Assembly: GCA_964458565.1 (NCBI GenBank)
Contig: CAYWJO010000031.1
Location: 1-39,628 of the forward strand
Source of the DNA: an uncultured archaeon
Lineage (GTDB): Archaea > Asgardarchaeota > Thorarchaeia > Thorarchaeales > Thorarchaeaceae
Reading direction: 5' to 3'
Length of the DNA stretch: 39,628 nucleotides
In this document: piece by piece, positions 36,945-39,628 of the stretch
How positions within the stretch are numbered: the first letter of the stretch is position 1
Layout: every line of letters begins with the position of its first letter
Position numbers and translations under genes: made by a program
The notes under the pieces: model-generated
Told to the model about the DNA's origin: nothing
Seen by the model: only the letters and a program-made list of their open reading frames with translations
Databases searched by the model: none

Positions 36945-38609
36945 TTACATCATGCCGGGCATTCCGCCCATGCCGCCCATTCCACCCATGCCACCCATCT
37001 CGCCACCTGGTGGGCCTCCGGGTGATGCTCGTGCGGCAATCACATCATCGATTCGTAGAATCATTTGGGCTGCCTCAGCTGCTGCTAGAATTGCTTGACG
37101 CTTTACTCTAGCTGGTTCAATGACACCTGCCTTCAACATATCAGTTGTCTTGCCTTTAGTAACATCAACGCCTGACCAAAGACCAGATGCTTCAGCATGA
37201 TCCTTGTTTAGATCAGCAATGATATCAATTGGGTCATGACCACCGTTCTCAGCTAGTGTCTTGGGTATGATTAGAAGTGCTTCAGCAAAAGCTTCGATTG
37301 CTAATTGCTCACGACCACCTACTTTTGTGGCGTACATCTCTAATCGCTTTGCAATCTCAGACTCTGTTGAACCCCCACCTGCAACGTATGTGGTATCCTC
37401 GACAACATTTCGGACTACACAGAGTGCATCGTGAATTGCTCTGTCTGCTTCATCAACTACATGCTCGGTACCACCACGAATCACAATGCTCACGGCTTTC
37501 GGATCCTTGCAGTTACGGACATAGACTAATTTGTCATCACCTATCTTGACTTCGTCAACGCTTCCGGCAATGCCAAGATAATCAGCAGATAGCTCATCGA
37601 AGCTAGTTGCAACGGTCGCACCTGTTGCTTTGGCGAGCTTCTCTAGAGTGCTCTTCTTTGCACGACGAATTGCCATTACTCCTGCTTTAGCAAGGTAATG
37701 TTGAGCAACATCATCAATTCCTTTCTGACAGACAAGCACATTTGCACCAGTAGCAATAACTTTGTCAACCATCGCCTTTAGCATTCGTTCTTCCTCTGCT
37801 AGGAATGCTTGAATCTGGTCAGGTGTTTCAATCTTGATCTCTGCATCGAACTCGGTCTTTTCAATTTCGATTGCAGCGTTTAGAAGCACGATTTTTGCCT
37901 TCTCAACATTTCTAGGCATTGATGCGTGAACGATCTCTTTGTCAATGACCATTCCATTGACAAGCTCGGTCTCAATCAGGCTTTTGCCTTGCTTCTTGAT
38001 GATTTCAATCATATCGATATCTGCATCGATTTTACCATCGGTTTCCTCTGCAATCTGAAGAATAGCATCAACTGCAATTTTTGCGAAGTGATCCTTAGCA
38101 CCACTGATAGACTTGCTATTCATTGAAGTTACAGCAATTCCCAGCAGTACTTTCTTATCTCTACCATCCATGATGATTGAGATATCCTCAAGGTCCTTTG
38201 TTGCCTGTTCAGCAGCTTTTTGATACCCTCTTACGATGATAGTTGGATGTATCTTCTTCTCTAGGAGTTCTTGAGCTCGCTTTAGCAGCTCACCAGCAAT
38301 CACAACTGAGGTTGTGGTGCCGTCTCCGGTTTCCTGATCCTGACTCTTTGCAACTTCAACAAGCATCTTAGCTGCTGGGTGCTGTACATCTATCTCTTTG
38401 AGAATTGAAGCACCATCATTTGTGATTGTAACATCACCGAGTGAATCAACAAGCATCTTATCCATCCCACGGGGTCCAAGTGTTGACTTGACTGCGTCGG
38501 CGATTACTATTCCTGCCATGATGTTGTTTTCTTGAGCAGACCTCCCACGTGTACGGGAGGTTCCTTCCTTCAGAATCAGAACGGGTGTTCCTGATAACTG
38601 TCCGGCCAT
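36945..38609 (-). CDS. ths: Thermosome subunit (group II chaperonin)
   Basis: [40 protein letters not shown]; GGM tail. Confidence 0.98.
   Translation of the reverse strand: MAGQLSGTPVLILKEGTSRTRGRSAQENNIMAGIVIADAVKSTLGPRGMDKMLVDSLGDVTITNDGASILKEIDVQHPAAKMLVEVAKSQDQETGDGTTTSVVIAGELLKRAQELLEKKIHPTIIVRGYQKAAEQATKDLEDISIIMDGRDKKVLLGIAVTSMNSKSISGAKDHFAKIAVDAILQIAEETDGKIDADIDMIEIIKKQGKSLIETELVNGMVIDKEIVHASMPRNVEKAKIVLLNAAIEIEKTEFDAEIKIETPDQIQAFLAEEERMLKAMVDKVIATGANVLVCQKGIDDVAQHYLAKAGVMAIRRAKKSTLEKLAKATGATVATSFDELSADYLGIAGSVDEVKIGDDKLVYVRNCKDPKAVSIVIRGGTEHVVDEADRAIHDALCVVRNVVEDTTYVAGGGSTESEIAKRLEMYATKVGGREQLAIEAFAEALLIIPKTLAENGGHDPIDIIADLNKDHAEASGLWSGVDVTKGKTTDMLKAGVIEPARVKRQAILAAAEAAQMILRIDDVIAARASPGGPPGGEMGGMGGMGGMGGMPGMM
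36960..36998 (-). repeat. 9-bp degenerate tandem repeat encoding the (MGG)4-M chaperonin tail
   Basis: ATGGGTGGC ATGGGTGGA ATGGGCGGC ATGGGCGGA ATG on the minus strand. Confidence 0.85.
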
Positions 38610-38759
38610 TTTTTATTCCCCTAAATTATTATCTTCCACACATTACTGCAAATCAACAGGGTAGATTCCATTGTCATAGAATCCACTGTCTTTTGACTTG
38701 CAACTAATTGTGGTACATGGACTTCGTATTCTTTAATTACATAAAAACATTAGCTTCTG

Positions 38760-39164
38760 TCAAGGGAGTGCGCTTATTTTCCGAGACCGTATACTTCCTT
38801 TCCATCTCATAGCAGCCCAGTGTATCCAGCTAACGAGTTTGATATTAGGCGGTAGTTCGTATGGATATGTTTCTAGTACATTGTCAGTATGGAAAATTGG
38901 CGTGACGTCTATGGACTCAATCGGATTACCTCCAATATCAATCCATGTATGGTTTAATTTCCTAAAGGATGATAAGTCAAGATTCGACAATCTATTATTT
39001 CTCAAAATAATGTTGCTGTGAGTGTTATTCTCAGCAAGTTGTATGATTTCTATAGAGATGAGATTCTCATTTTCCATACTCAAAGTATTCATATCTGAAG
39101 GATAACAATATCTCTTGGTTACTCCGTCTTCTGCAATACCCAATAGAATAGTTTCCATTTTCAT
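38760..39164 (-). CDS. Short leucine-rich-repeat protein (about 3 repeats), possibly truncated
   Basis: LSMENENLISIEI, ILRNNRLSNLDLSSF and IDIGGNPIESIDVTPI LRR units. Confidence 0.65.
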   Translation of the reverse strand: MKMETILLGIAEDGVTKRYCYPSDMNTLSMENENLISIEIIQLAENNTHSNIILRNNRLSNLDLSSFRKLNHTWIDIGGNPIESIDVTPIFHTDNVLETYPYELPPNIKLVSWIHWAAMRWKGSIRSRKISALP

Positions 39165-39293
39165 ATCTGCGCCCTCAGTTCAAGTTTTTATGTAAAAAGG
39201 GTTTGGAGTCACCGTTTATTTCTTCACAAGTCGATAGTTCAGTAATCATTCCCCAACCTGTCTTCTCGATTATGAAATGTATGATCAACTGAC

Positions 39294-39628
39294 TTGTCTT
39301 TAGAATCCTTTCAGTTCGTTGATGACCCTGACCTGTTTCTCTCGATGGAAGTTGAGACTTTCAAGGAATATGTGTACAATCCCATCGAGGTCTATTTTCC
39401 AACGAATGACCAATTCTCTGCATACGTCACAACCCACAACTCGAGTCAGACTTCAATCAAGCAGCTGTCAGTGAAATTGGGTACAGGTAAGAATTATTCC
39501 ATCTATGTCTATGAATGCTCACACATAATCTCTTTTGTCAATCTGAGTCTGGGAACCTATAAGCATTTTGACTACAATTGTACTGGTGCACTGAATCTCT
39601 ACATTCAGCACTCTCTTCAGACAGACGA
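39294..39628 (+). CDS. Partial ORF running off the window end; possibly an extracellular protein fragment
   Basis: Stop-free frame from 39285 to the end (LSLESFQFVDDPDLF...HSLQTD) with sequons NSS, NYS, NLS, NCT; start uncertain (TTG 39294 or ATG 39345). Confidence 0.4.
   Translation, partial: MSLESFQFVDDPDLFLSMEVETFKEYVYNPIEVYFPTNDQFSAYVTTHNSSQTSIKQLSVKLGTGKNYSIYVYECSHIISFVNLSLGTYKHFDYNCTGALNLYIQHSLQTD

Noticed and set aside
256-39021. Numerous short antisense or nested ORFs in the track (e.g. 1376-1615, 14427-14735, 32916-33302, 36772-37098)
   Set aside because: Shadow frames of well-supported genes with no independent signals.
1-39628. CRISPR arrays, IS elements, rRNA
   Set aside because: No regularly spaced repeats, transposase motifs or rRNA signatures were seen.

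Overview
Archaeal chromosomal window. Gene content points to Asgard archaea, most likely Thorarchaeia-like (thermosome, HMG-CoA synthase/thiolase/DUF35 cluster, DUF2341 and LRR proteins, BRE-TATA promoters); this assignment is inference. About 1-11.6 kb is a patchy accessory-looking region after tRNA-Ala(TGC). It holds a K+-independent H+-PPase, several membrane-anchored surface proteins, an isolated contractile-tail sheath gene with a possible eroded tube remnant, a hicBA toxin-antitoxin pair plus a hicA scar, an unannotated 39-aa sORF and a ~118-nt structured ncRNA candidate. The most interesting block is 11.7-21.3 kb. A tightly coupled minus-strand operon encodes a catalytically dead AAA protein, an SMC5/6-type ATPase, a ScpA-like kleisin, a MAGE/Nse3-like KITE and a TFIIB-Zn-ribbon/winged-helix protein. 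It lies head-to-head with a MoxR AAA+ / HExxH-vWA pair. The rest is mostly housekeeping: NfnAB, Nnr, PPAT-DUF359 CoA synthase fusion, upper mevalonate pathway, AsnB-like, TrxB, thermosome, plus a possible second pseudo-ATPase (HerA-like). All family calls rest on motif recognition by eye; no database searches were run.
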